Notes under the pieces: model-generated | The model's input: the letters and a program-made list of their open reading frames with translations, nothing else | Databases searched by the model: none | What the model was told of the DNA's origin: nothing | Shown: positions 1 to 10,760 of the stretch, one piece after another | Layout of the letters: each line of letters opens with the position of its first letter | Numbering within the stretch: the first letter of the stretch is position 1 | Translations under genes and position numbers: made by a program | Assembly: GCF_009834535.1 (NCBI RefSeq) | Contig: NC_045698.1 | Location: forward strand, 98,208,001 to 98,272,000 | From: Camelus ferus | Taxonomy: Eukaryota | DNA length: 64,000 nucleotides | Direction: 5' to 3'

Positions 1-1192
1 GGGAGAAAATGTTTGCAAACTATATACGATAATGATCTAGCATCCAGGATATATAGAGAACTCCTACAACTCAGCAACAAAAAGACAACCCAAGTTAAAA
101 AATGGGGAAAAGACTTGAATAGCCATTTCTACAAAGAAGATATACACAGTACATGAAAAAATGCTCAATATCATTATATGTTGGTGAAATGCAAAAAGAC
201 AACAATCAAAAACTAGGCAAAGAATGTGAATAGACAGTTCTCCAAAGAAGCTATACAAATGACCAACAAGCATGTGAAAAGATGCTCAAAATCATCCATA
301 ATTAAAGAAATGTAGGGGAGGGTATGGCTCAGTGGTGGAATGTGTGCCTAACAGGCATGGGTCCTGGGTTCAATCCTCAGTACATCCATTAGAATAAGTA
401 AATAAAACCTAATTACCTCTCCCCACAAATGCAGTACTGTATGTCAATTACATCTAAATGAAACTGGAAGGAAAATAAAGTTTTTAAAAATAAATGCAAA
501 TCAAAAGCATAATGAGGTACCACTTCACATCCACTGGTATGGCTCTAATAAGAAGAAAAAATAAAACTGGTTGCTGNNNNNNNNNNNNNNNNNNNNNNNN
601 NNNNNNNNNNNNNNNNNNNNNNNNNNNNNNNNNNNNNNNNNNNNNNNNNNNNNNNNNNNNNNNNNNNNNNNNNNNNNNNNNNNNNNNNNNNNNNNNNNNN
701 NNNNNNNNNNNNNNNNNNTGCAAAAAAATTGAAAAAGTGTATGTAAACAAATTTGTGTACCAAAATGTTCATTGCAGCATCATTCATAGTAGCCAAAAAG
801 TGTCCACCAACAGATGAATGAATGAACAAAATGTAGTTTATACACACAATGGAGTGCTATANNNNNNNNNNNNNNNNNNNNNNNNNNNNNNNNNNNNNNN
901 NNNNNNNNNNNNNNNNNNNNNNNNNNNNNNNNNNNNNNNNNNNNNNNNNNNNNNNNNNNNNNNNNNNNNNNNNNNNNNNNNNNNNNNNNNNGAATAGGCA
1001 AATGTACAGAGACAGCAAGTAGATTACACATTCCCAGGCTCTAGGGGGAGGGGATTGGAGAGTATTTGCTTAAGAGGTACAGAGTTTCTGTTTGGGATGA
1101 TGAAAAAATTTGGAAATTGTAGTGATGGTTGCACAATATTGTGAATGTAATTAATGCCACTGTACAGTACACTTAAAAATGATAAAATGGCA
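1..1192 (+). mobile_element. Decayed LINE-1 (ORF2 C-terminal part and 3' UTR), interrupted by a SINE and two N-blocks
   Basis: L1-typical motifs such as GGGAGAAAATGTTTGCAAAC, AAAGAAGATATACA, CATGTGAAAAGATGCTCAA, AATGCAAATCAAAA and the 3' UTR AGTGATGGTTGCACAATATTGTGAATG. No intact ORF. Subfamily cannot be assigned by eye. Confidence 0.85.
315..428 (+). mobile_element. tRNA-derived SINE (camelid Vic-1-like)
   Basis: GGGGAGGGTATGGCTCAGTGG (A box) ... GGGTTCAATCC (B box) ... AAATAAAACCTAATTACCTC tail, no CCA. Same family as six other copies in the window. Confidence 0.8.
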
Positions 1193-2169
1193 GGGAGGGT
1201 ATAGGTATAGCTCAGTGGTAGGGTGCATGTTTAATATGCACCAGCTTCTGGGTTCAATCCCTGCTGTGTCCAGCGCAGCTCGGCATCATGTCTGAGGACC
1301 AGTGATGCAAGACTTAAGAAACAAAGAGACAAAGTAAAGAGCGAAGATGGGACAAGGGGATTCAAGATCTCATGGATCTAGAGCCCTGAAAGCCTGGTCA
1401 ACATCATATTTATTAGGAGTATATAGCTCAGAGAAATATGCGATCAAAGAGGTGGGGCCTTTTTTTTTTTTTTTTTTTTTTTGAGGTGGGGCTTTAGATA
1501 TTCCACACGATAAAGCACTAAATTCTGCTTACTGGTTAACTGATTAATTTCAGGCCAATCCCTTCCAGGAACAATCACCCTCCTGGGGGTATGCAAAATT
1601 TCTGAGTCTATCCTCTCATTGCCTCTGGGACATCTCAGGATAGCAAGTACTTCCCCTGGGTTCAACAGCATGCTTTCATGCCAGAACAAAGTTCTGTTAA
1701 TGGATCTTCTGGCTTTCCAAGACCATCTATTGTTTCACCCTGAGAAAATATCTGCCCTCCTTCATGCCCTTATGGTTAATATCAGGATTGCTCATCACAA
1801 ATTTTCTTTTTCTTTTTTTTCTTTTTGTGAAGTGGAAGTTGTTTTATTTTAATACTAGGAAGAAGGAGGTATAGCAAGTGATTATTACAATTCTGAGACA
1901 TTCTAACAGCTGACGTATTTTGAAGGCTTGTTATAAGAAAATGATTACATTTAACCACAAATTTTCTTTAGCATAATATGTGCTATAGATCGTCTACTGC
2001 GCAAAATATTAGAACAAAGCAAGCATGTGTATTTTAAGTAAGCAAGTGTGAATATAATATTTTAAGCTCATGGAAATTTAGGAGCAGCTTGTTTTCTAGT
2101 TCCTTGTTTTCCAGCAGCTTGTTTCCCAGCAAATCCCCAGTACCTCCATTAAAAAAAAAAAAAAAAAAG
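1193..2169 (+). mobile_element. tRNA-derived SINE split by an LTR insertion (SINE parts 1193-1261 and 2132-2169)
   Basis: Head GGGAGGGTATAGGTATAGCTCAGTGG...GGTTCAATCCC resumes after the LTR as (AATCCC)CAGTACCTCCATT plus an A-tail. Flanked by AAATGGCA at 1185-1192 and 2173-2180 (probable TSD). Confidence 0.8.
1262..2131 (-). mobile_element. ERV solo LTR (~870 bp), probably ERV2/ERVK class
   Basis: On the minus strand it begins TGCTGGGAAAC and ends GGACACAGCA, with AATAAA at 1409-1414. A perfect 6-bp TSD AATCCC lies at 1256-1261 and 2132-2137; 6-bp TSDs are typical of ERV2. Confidence 0.8.
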
Positions 2170-2229
2170 AATAAATGGCAAAAAAAGATTAAATGGCAAA
2201 TTTATTATATATAATTTTAGCAGAATAAA

Positions 2230-3562
2230 GAAGATATATATAGCTTATTCCCATCTGCATACAGTCATGCTATTCCCTCATCTTAATGAACATGACATTA
2301 TACTCAATAGTAAAAGACTGAAAACTTTCTAAGATCAGGAACAAGACAAGGATACCCACTTTTGCCACTTCTATTTAACATAGTACTGGCTATCCTAGCC
2401 AAAGAAGTTAGGCAGGAAAAAGAAATAAAAGGCATCCAACTCAAAGGAAGAAGTAAAATTATCTTTGCTCACAGATGACATGATCTTATATGTAGAAAAT
2501 CCCCAGAATTCCACACACCCAAGAACTGTTAGAACTGATAAATGAATTCAGCAAAGCTAAAGGATACAAAATTGACAAACAAAATCCAATGAGTTTTGTA
2601 AAAAACAAAGCAAACAAACAAACAAACAAAACCCCATAAACAGAAACCTCAATTAATTAAATAGAGTTGGGAGACCAGAAAGGAGAGCCTTCATGCCCTG
2701 AGACCCTAGCAGAGCCCAAGAGTAAGAAGAAAGATTCCTTTTTCACTGGCAAAGACCAGCCAGTAAAAAGCCACAGACTCTGTTTATTATACCCTCCCAA
2801 CTTCCTTTTTCTCTGTGTAAAAACATCCTTCTTCCTTTGCAGTACAGGAACTTGTGTGTGGTTCACTGTGGTTGCAGACCTTGAACTGCAACTGTCTGCC
2901 AATCCCAAAGATACTTATCTTTGCAGGACAAATATCAAGCAGTCTATTTGTTTCAGGTCAGAAATTTCTNNNNNNNNNNNNNNNNNNNNNNNNNNNNNNN
3001 NNNNNNNNNNNNNNNNNNNNNNNNNNNNNNNNNNNNNNNNNNNNNNNNNNNNNNNNNNNNNNNNNNNNNNNNNNNNNNNNNNNNNNNNNNNNNNNNNNNN
3101 NNNNNNNNNNNNNNNNNNNNNNNNNNNNNNNNNNNNNNNNNNNNNNNNNNNNNNNNNNNNNNNNNNNNNNNNNNNNNNNNNNNNNNNNNNNNNNNNNGAG
3201 AAATCTACAGATTTAATGAAATCCCTATCAAAATCCAATGGCATTTTTTGTAGAAAGAAAAGTCCATCCTAAGATTCATATGGAATCTTAAGGGACCCCC
3301 AATAGCCAAAACAAATCTTGAAAATAAAAAGAATAAAGTTGGAGATCTCACACTTTCTGATTTCGTAACTTATTACAAAGCTTTTGTAATCACAACAGTG
3401 TAGTACTGGCAAAAAGAGATTTATATTAACCAATGGAATTGAATAGAGTCCAGAAATAAAACCTCACGTATATGGTCAAATGATTTTTGACAAAGGTACC
3501 AGTACCATTCAATGTCTTTTCAAACAATGGCATCTGGGAAACTGTCTATCCACATGCAAAAA
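2230..3562 (+). mobile_element. Decayed LINE-1 ORF2 (RT domain to C-terminal region), interrupted by an LTR-like insert and an N-block
   Basis: AAGATCAGGAACAAGACAAGGATACCCACTTTTGCCACTTCTATTTAACATAGTACTGG and GCAGATGACATGATC-like RT core (CACAGATGACATGATC); many stops. Confidence 0.85.
2662..2960 (+). mobile_element. Probable ERV1/MER-type LTR fragment inside L1
   Basis: Non-L1 block GTTGGGAGACCAGAAAG...TATTTGTTTCAGGTCA interrupting L1 ORF2. Ends resemble MER-type LTRs; no clean TSD seen. Confidence 0.45.
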
Positions 3563-3882
3563 TGTGGGAGGTGGAGATATTGAATGATATTTTCCGAACT
3601 GATAAAGAACTTTGAGACTGAAAAATGAAGCGAACAACTCCAAGCAAGCAATCTTGAAGTTTATTGCGGGTACTTACTTACAGCCGCATTACTTACATAA
3701 TCACAGCTGCACTCTGCAAAGGGGTACCCGGGATTTAAATGCGCCAAAGCTAAAAATAGAATTTGACTACCAAGTAAGAAGCACATCTGCGTTCAAGGGA
3801 ACCGGGGCTTTTTCCTCCATGGGGCTCTCATGATCATTAACCAACTGTGTCAGCAAAAGGCATTTTTCCAGTTTTCACAACA
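3563..3882 (-). mobile_element. ERV LTR (~320 bp), CpG-retaining
   Basis: Minus strand TGTTGTGAAAAC...CTCCCACA with AATAAA at 3660-3665 followed by a U5-like tract. No TSD identified. Confidence 0.6.
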
Positions 3883-5172
3883 GATGAAGGCAAGAGTAAA
3901 AGTTGATAGGAAAGCCATCTGGCTTGGTCTCACTCTTTGCAACTGGACTAAAGCTCCTGCAGAAAGAGGAGGGTGCAGGACTGCAGGCCTAAGGTAGAGC
4001 TGACAAAATGGAGTCAGTGTGGTTCAGCCACACAGATTGACAGTTTATTTAGCTGTCCCTATGATTCTTTGAATCTGTGGTCTGATGGCCTTTGTAACTC
4101 TCCCATCAATGTTCATTTGCATTCCCCATTCCTATCTGTGTGGTTCTGGACACTGGAGGGAGGCAGTCTGGAGGGCTGTGTTTACCTGCCTCCTCCCACT
4201 CCTCTTGAGGTCCCCCTTGAGGCAGATATCTCCACCTCTGATAAATGTGGCTGCCTCCCTGATGCAATGAAGAAGGGACCCTTGGAAGGAACAGTGCCTC
4301 TTGGCTGATGTCCTGGGTCTCTGAGACAAGAGACAATGTGGTTCAGAGGACATACATTGTTAATTGTCCTGTGAAGGGTCCAAGGAGCTGTGAAGGGTCT
4401 AAGATATTATCTATTTGCAAATCAGAGAGCCAGCCTGAAACAATTTTATTCACATATACTAACTTAATCATAAGATCCCTGGTTCAGAGACAGACTGTTA
4501 AATGACAGAGTCTTGCATCAGTTCCCCATCCTCAAATTCCCCATTAGATGATACAGTGAAAGTCAGCGTAGCTGTATGTGCAGAGGGACTTTACACTACA
4601 GGAGAGGAATCCTGAAATTATAAAACTCAGAGTTTATGTAGAACAAGTGGCATAGTTGTGTCTCCTCCCTAGGGGACGGGGGAAAGAAAGAATAAGCAAG
4701 TGGCTCTGGGTTTTATTACCTTGGGAAAGGAGCAGCTGGCTCTTAGAAAGTGCACTGGAGAGGAGACATTCTGTATCATCCTAGGAATGTTTATGATTCA
4801 GACATCTTAACAAAGGTGCCAGTAATCTGCTTAGAAAGACCCCACTGAACAGAAACCCTTGGTTCTCCCACGCAGGCCTAGACAGGCAACATTTCCCTGC
4901 CCCTTCTGCCTCTGCAGTTCTTTTCTAAGTTAGGGCAGGTATGGTTTCTAGGGAGTTAGTCTGAAGAAAGTTTAAGTGTAATGGAGTTCCTATACAGCAA
5001 TGTGCCCAGCACATAGCAGACACCCAGTAAATACGTGTTGAGTGAATGACACGGACCATTGTTTAAGATTTTAATGAAGATGGGGGTAGAGGGTGGGTTG
5101 GTTGAGACGTCCTGACGAGGCTCCCCAGAAGCCAGGGCACTCTGAGGCCAATGGATTGTTCTCCCCTGGGCT

Positions 5173-6379
5173 TCAGGCATAGCCCCGGGCTCCTTGAAGC
5201 AGCGCCAGAGTTCCAGACACGCCCACGGTCAAGGCGGAACGCGCACAGGCTGGGACCACCCCAGAGGGCATCGGGTCTTCTTGGTGCTTGAGGGCTCCAG
5301 GGTCCAGTAAGGGATTCCCATCCAGTGTCAGGTTACTCACCTCTGGCAGTTCGTCTGGCCGTGGCGCTCTGTTCAGCCTGTTGCAGCTGAGATCAAGCAC
5401 GCTGAGTTTGGGCGGCAGTCCTTTAGGCACTTGCTCCAGCCCAGCGAACGACAAATTGAGAGAGTTCAGTGTGCGGGGCCAGACACACCGGGGATCGTCC
5501 GAGGCGGCGGCGCGCAGCGAGTTGTGACTGAGATCCAGACGGTGTAGTTGCACACCCGCCGCCGCCAGCGCTGCGCACACTCCGCTGGGCGTCTCCATCC
5601 CCGCGTTGCGTAGCGCCAGATCCTGGAGGGCCGGGAACTTGTGAGGACAGAGGGCCGTAGTCAGCCCGCGCTCGCTCAGTCCAGGATTGTCAGACAGGTC
5701 TAGGGTGGTAAGGGTCGGGAAGGTGCGGAGCTGTGCGCAAGAGAAAGCAAGCGGATGTGTTTGCGCAATGTTCAGTACCCTGAGGCCCGGCTTGAGCCAC
5801 TGCTGCAGTTTGCTGAGCCACGCACCTCCTGTTGCCCAGGACACGTTATGGATTCTGAGGGTAGAGAGTGCTGGCCCAGGGTCTTTCACAGGCGGCGGCG
5901 GCAGCAGGCTGGTTACCTCCAGGTCCTCCAGCGTCAGTTCCTTTAGGCGTGAATACCCGAGCACATGCAGGACGGCGACCAGAAGCTGAGAGGGAACCTG
6001 TGCAGCGCCCACCGTGAGCCGCCGCAATCGCAGAGCCCTGACCATGTCAACATACTGCTTCGGGTCGGAGTTGGCTTTCTTTAGAAACTGTTCCAGGCTG
6101 CGGCCACCTCCACGAATCTCCACCTCGACGGCAACCATACACTGCAAGGCACTGGACCAGTCAGGCTCCGGATCCGTGAAGTTGCAGACGCAGCGGAAAT
6201 CTTCATCGTCCAGTTGGCAGGGTTCCAGTTCGTCCGCAGACACGCGCAGCAGTGGCAGCAGCAGCAGCAGTAGGTAGGGCACAGGCGCCTAGGAAGACGG
6301 GGGAGGTTAAGGAGGCCCCTGCTGCCCCTGAGGTTTCCCGAGTAGACCCTATTCGGCCCCAAGAACATACACTTACCAT
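5173..6379 (-). CDS. CD14: Monocyte differentiation antigen CD14 (LRR LPS co-receptor, GPI-anchored), 372 aa
   Basis: complement(join(5173..6288,6377..6379)). Exon 1 contributes only the ATG, followed by an 88-nt GT-AG intron (6289-6376), the classic CD14 layout. MAPVPYLLLLLLPLLRVSA signal peptide, LRRs and a hydrophobic GPI tail ...LLQGARGYA. ATTAAA at 5070-5075 (minus). Confidence 0.98.
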
Positions 6380-6599
6380 GGTCGATGTGTCCTCAGAGCC
6401 TCTGGGTCTCCAGCTGGCTGGCTGGCTCTCGGAAGGGCTGTAACTTCTTTCCTGTCTGGCGACACTCGCCGGCTTCCAGTCTCCACAAACGTCCTAAATC
6501 TTTGGCAACCTCGAAGAGTTTATGTAACCCTGAGATGTCACTTTGTTCCCTCCTCTTTGAACCCTGTCACTCTCCACTTCTCTTCCTCCCAACCACCCC

Positions 6600-6670
6600 A
6601 TTCCGTACCATTCCGGGAAATTTTGCAATGAAGCATGTTGCCAGGAGAGGGGCCATAAGAGGAAGGATCT
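6600..6670. promoter_or_regulatory. CD14 upstream element cluster: GAS/STAT, C/EBP-like and PU.1-like motifs
   Basis: TTCCGGGAA at 6611-6619, TTTTGCAAT at 6621-6629 and AGAGGAAG at 6658-6665, about 230-290 bp upstream of the ATG. Motif match only. Confidence 0.45.
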
Positions 6671-7397
6671 TGCAAGTCGTCTAGGGCCCTCTGTGGCAGG
6701 CTTCGCCCTGATGACTCAGGCGCCCCCAGACTTGTCTGGGTTGGAGAAAGGATCCCCACTGCCTCAGGCTGGGACTCTCACCTCCCCTGCCTATATCCCT
6801 GACTCAACTGGTAGTTTCCTTGACTTTTCCCTAGACTTGGTGGTTACTATTGCCCTCCTGTCACCCAAGTCCTCTGATATTTAACTGGATATTTTGTGGA
6901 AGAGATTACAAACTTCATCTATTGACTTGAAGGGCTAGAATTAGGTTTAATAGAAGGAAGTTCTGAAGAACAACTCCCCACTCACAACCCCCCTTTTTAA
7001 CTGACAGCTGGCAGTTCTTAAAATTTGTTTATTAAGAAAGTAACAGTTTTTTAAAAATTGAAGTATAGTTGATGTACAATATTACATAAATTACAGATAT
7101 ACAATATAGTGATTTACAACTTTAAAGTAATAGCTTTCTTAAAAGTAGAGGTGTTTAACAGAGACACGTTCGGCTAAGTCACTACCTCTCTTAGAGCTTC
7201 CACTTCCCCATCCCGAAATTGAGAAACAAGATGTTTCTGATATAATTTTCTCGCTTGGACCTAGCTCCCTGCCCCCCACCCAGCACAAATCGTACGTCCT
7301 AGGAAGGAAAGTCTGGACCTATGTTGAATGAGGATTAACTAGTAGCTCACCTGTTTTGTCAAGGGAAAAAAGGAGGTGTCCTAAGAGGGTGGGAAAA

Positions 7398-7987
7398 TGT
7401 TACTGAAGCAGGTTTGCTTGTCCAATGTGCAGTAACCCAAATGCTGAGAAGCTAAAGTTTGCAGCAGAGAAAGAGTTTATTCACAAGACATCCAAATGAG
7501 GACCAGGGAGAACAAATCTCAGATCTGCCTCCCTGAAGGCGAGGGGCTTCGGATATTTATGAGTGAAGGATATAGGGTGGTTGGAGGTGCAGGGGAAGGT
7601 GACCAGAGACAGGAAAAAGATGAGGAAATAAATCATTGCTCACTCAGGTGTGTCTGAGTTACATGCTTCTTATGGTTCACATTTTTGGAAAATGGTGGCA
7701 TTAGCATGGGGAGAGTTTTGGCCCTCTGACCTCACACAGGGCCAGTTGGAGGGTGGTGATTCCAACCAGTCTTAATCAGCTGGAATGTGAACTGGACAAG
7801 AACTGACTCTAAGTTCCTGAAAATCAACTTAAACAGCCATTACTATAGCAACCCATATTTCAGAGGGGGGCAGTTACTCACTGGGGGGCAGTTAAAGGAG
7901 TCTTGTGACATATTGTCTAAGCTACATGAGGGTATGTAAATTTGCAGGAACAATTAAGGTGAGCTTGATTGGTGAAGTCAGGTTACA
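7398..7987 (-). mobile_element. ERV1-type LTR (~590 bp) upstream of CD14
   Basis: Minus strand TGTAACCTGAC...CAGTAACA, TATA-like ATAAATA (~7554-7560) and AATAAA (7476-7481). No matching TSD seen. Confidence 0.7.
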
Positions 7988-9959
7988 TAGTATTATTTAT
8001 TAAGCAAGTTACACTTCGAGGGATCTAATTGATGACTGCCCTCAGTTTCAGAAAAGCTATGCCTTTATTTATTTATTTATTTATTTATTTATTGGTCTTT
8101 TTTTCCCTCCCTTTTAATACCTGAATGTTAAATTTCAAAATCACACTTTTTTTTTTTTTCAGAAAGGCTATGCTTTTAAAACAGCCCTCATAAGTCTGAA
8201 CTTCTGTATTTCTAGGTAAAGGGCTACATCAAAAATTTTTGAATTCTTACTTTCCTATTTTCCAGAAGCAGCTTCACATCTGCCCCCAGTCCAAACAATG
8301 AGGCTTCATCAGACCACACTGCCCTCTGTGTATCCTGTTGGTCATGCTCTTATACCCTAAGCCATGCTTAAAGGCCAGACCAGGTCACTGGGACATCCCT
8401 GAGGACCAAGATATGAGTATAGCTCAGTGTTAAATACACTAACTCTGCAGTTAGACAACCAGAGTTGGAATCCCAGCTCGACCACTGAGGTTGCAACAGT
8501 AGCCCTTTATTATTTTCTTCATCAGAGTCTCTGCATTCAGAAGACTCAGGCCACTAAAGCCTGGCTCCTCAGCAAATTCCATCACCTTAGGGAAGACACT
8601 CTGGATGAGGGGTCCAAGCTAAAGGGTCAACAATGGTTTTGCAAAGATTTGGACTCACACCTTGATTCAAAAAATATCTATCATTTATCTATAAAAGTGC
8701 CAGGGCTGCTGCAAGCCCTGGGGTGCAGACATAACCATCATATACTCCCTCAAGCACTCTAGTAGGTGATGGAGGCAAACACGGACCCAGAACTACAGTC
8801 CACAGTGAAGAGGAATCTTACAGAGGAGAAAACAAGGACTTGTGGGAGCTCTAGAGAAAGGAACAGCTAGCCCCAGCTAGGACATGGGGCTGTTTCTTAC
8901 AGGGTTAACAGTGTTGCCAGGCAGATAAGTTCCAAACAAGCAAACAAACAAACAAACAAAACAGTTTGGACAGCTGTAACTGAGCAGACACTCAAACAGA
9001 GCATAGATTTTTCCTGGGGACTTATCTTCCCCACCAGGAGAAAGATACAGATGTTAAAAGCCAGCCTGCCCCATGAAGAAGGGTACAAGACCCAGATCCT
9101 ATCCCCAGCCAGAGTATGGTGCATAGCAGGTGCTCAGTAATCAGCTGTCCAGAGGTTGGATATGTGCTGGACCTGGAGAGAAGAGGTGATGACAGGATGA
9201 TGATCTCCATTCTAAAAATTAGAGGTCTCAGTAAAAATTCTTAAGTGCTACCAGGGTTCTACTCTCTTGGAGCTGTGAAGGGGGTTTGGGAGGAGACAAT
9301 GTCAAACAATTACACTATAACAATGACAGCTGTGAAAAGGGTTATGAAGAAGTGTATGGTGATATACACTCTCATAATTAGGTGCACTGGTCCAGTAGTT
9401 CTGAGCAGGGAGGGGACACTGGAGTTGAGATTTTGAGCATGGTGTTAAGAGAAGGATGCTGGTTGTAGTGAGGGTGGGATTGCAGAGACAAGGCTCTAGG
9501 CAGTGGAACAGCTTGTGCAAAAGCCTAGAAGAGGAAAAGAGCAGGGCTTGTTTAGGGAACAAAGATCTCAGGAGAGATGAGAAAGGTGAGATTGGAGACG
9601 TTAGCAGGTATTAGACCATGCAGGGCTTAGTTAGCCATAATTTGGATTTTGAGGGTAAGGAACACGGTTTTTAATTCACTAGTGTTTCCCCATACGCAGT
9701 AGATCAGTGGTGCTTAAAATTTGATGAAAGAATTACTTTGTCCTAAAAATAATGCGATTCACTTTTATGCAGAACAGTGACATTGTTGCCTAATTTTTCT
9801 CACCCGTCTAATGGGGATAATTGTCATAGCGAACATTCAGTAAGGTTATGCGCGTCCAGCGTTTAGCTCTTCATAGCCGTGTTATGGGTGAAACGGCTTC
9901 CATACCTTCCTAGAACTCGGGGTAGTTTTGAATGTTTGTTTAGGAAGTGTTAGGGGTAG

Positions 9960-10760
9960 GGACGTTATGTTTGCTGGAAGGTGGCGCTAGTTTCCGGGGC
10001 CGTCGGGGTCGAGGTTGAGTTACTCTCGTAGATTTGAAGCAGAGAAACCAAAGTGCGGCTGCTCAGAATTCTCTTGGCTTTCCGCCTAGGTCCCACCCTA
10101 CCTCTAGCCTTCGCACCGCCCCTCCCGCCCTCGCCCTGCCAGTCCTCTGTTCTCGCTCCTCCTCTCTCCTCCTCTGCCCGCCCCACCCTCCCTTCGCCCC
10201 GCCCCGCCTCAGCCGGTGGCCGCGCCCCCTCGTCCCGCCCCGCCTTCACTTCACTTCGTGCTCCGCCGGCTGGCACCGCCCCTTCCGCCTTGCGCTGCGG
10301 CTGCGCGGGCGGTACAGTCTTTCAGGCCTCTGTTCCCCTTTGCCGGTTCTCATCTTGGTGCAAATTTCCTCCAGCTCCACCATGTGGAGCCGACGGCAGC
10401 GCCGCCTCAGGCCGTTGAGCTGCGGGGTGGAGGAGCTACGGTGCCGCCGGCGGGAGCGAGAGGCAGGTGTGGGCGGGCGGGGGAGCACGGGAGAATGGGG
10501 GATGGCAGTAGGAGACGAGGTGAGGAAGCCCCCTGGGTCAGAGACGAGTTCTGGGTCCTGGGTGCCCCTCCCACGCTCAGCCGGCTCCTTTGCCCCTAGC
10601 ACTGCGGAAGGCGCGGAGAGAGCAGCAGCTGGTCAGCAAGAGGCTGCTGAGAGACGAAGACCCGGAGAAAGCTGAAGGATATGTGGCTGTGATCCTTGGA
10701 GAAGCCGAGGTTAGGGGGCAGGGTGCGTGGTGAGGTCAACGCCATCTGGCGGCAGATTCC
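9960..10760. promoter_or_regulatory. CpG island / TMCO6 promoter with multiple GC boxes
   Basis: High CpG density and repeated CCGCCC motifs around the TMCO6 start codon. Confidence 0.8.

Noticed and set aside
64-3833. Short ORFs in the first 4 kb, including 2667..3272
   Set aside because: They cross N-blocks and repeat boundaries in decayed L1/LTR sequence and give no coherent protein.
10034-10381. 116-codon in-frame upstream extension of TMCO6
   Set aside because: It starts at TTG and is Pro/Ala/Arg-rich as expected from a stop-poor CpG island; ATG 10382 has good Kozak context and matches the known N-terminus.
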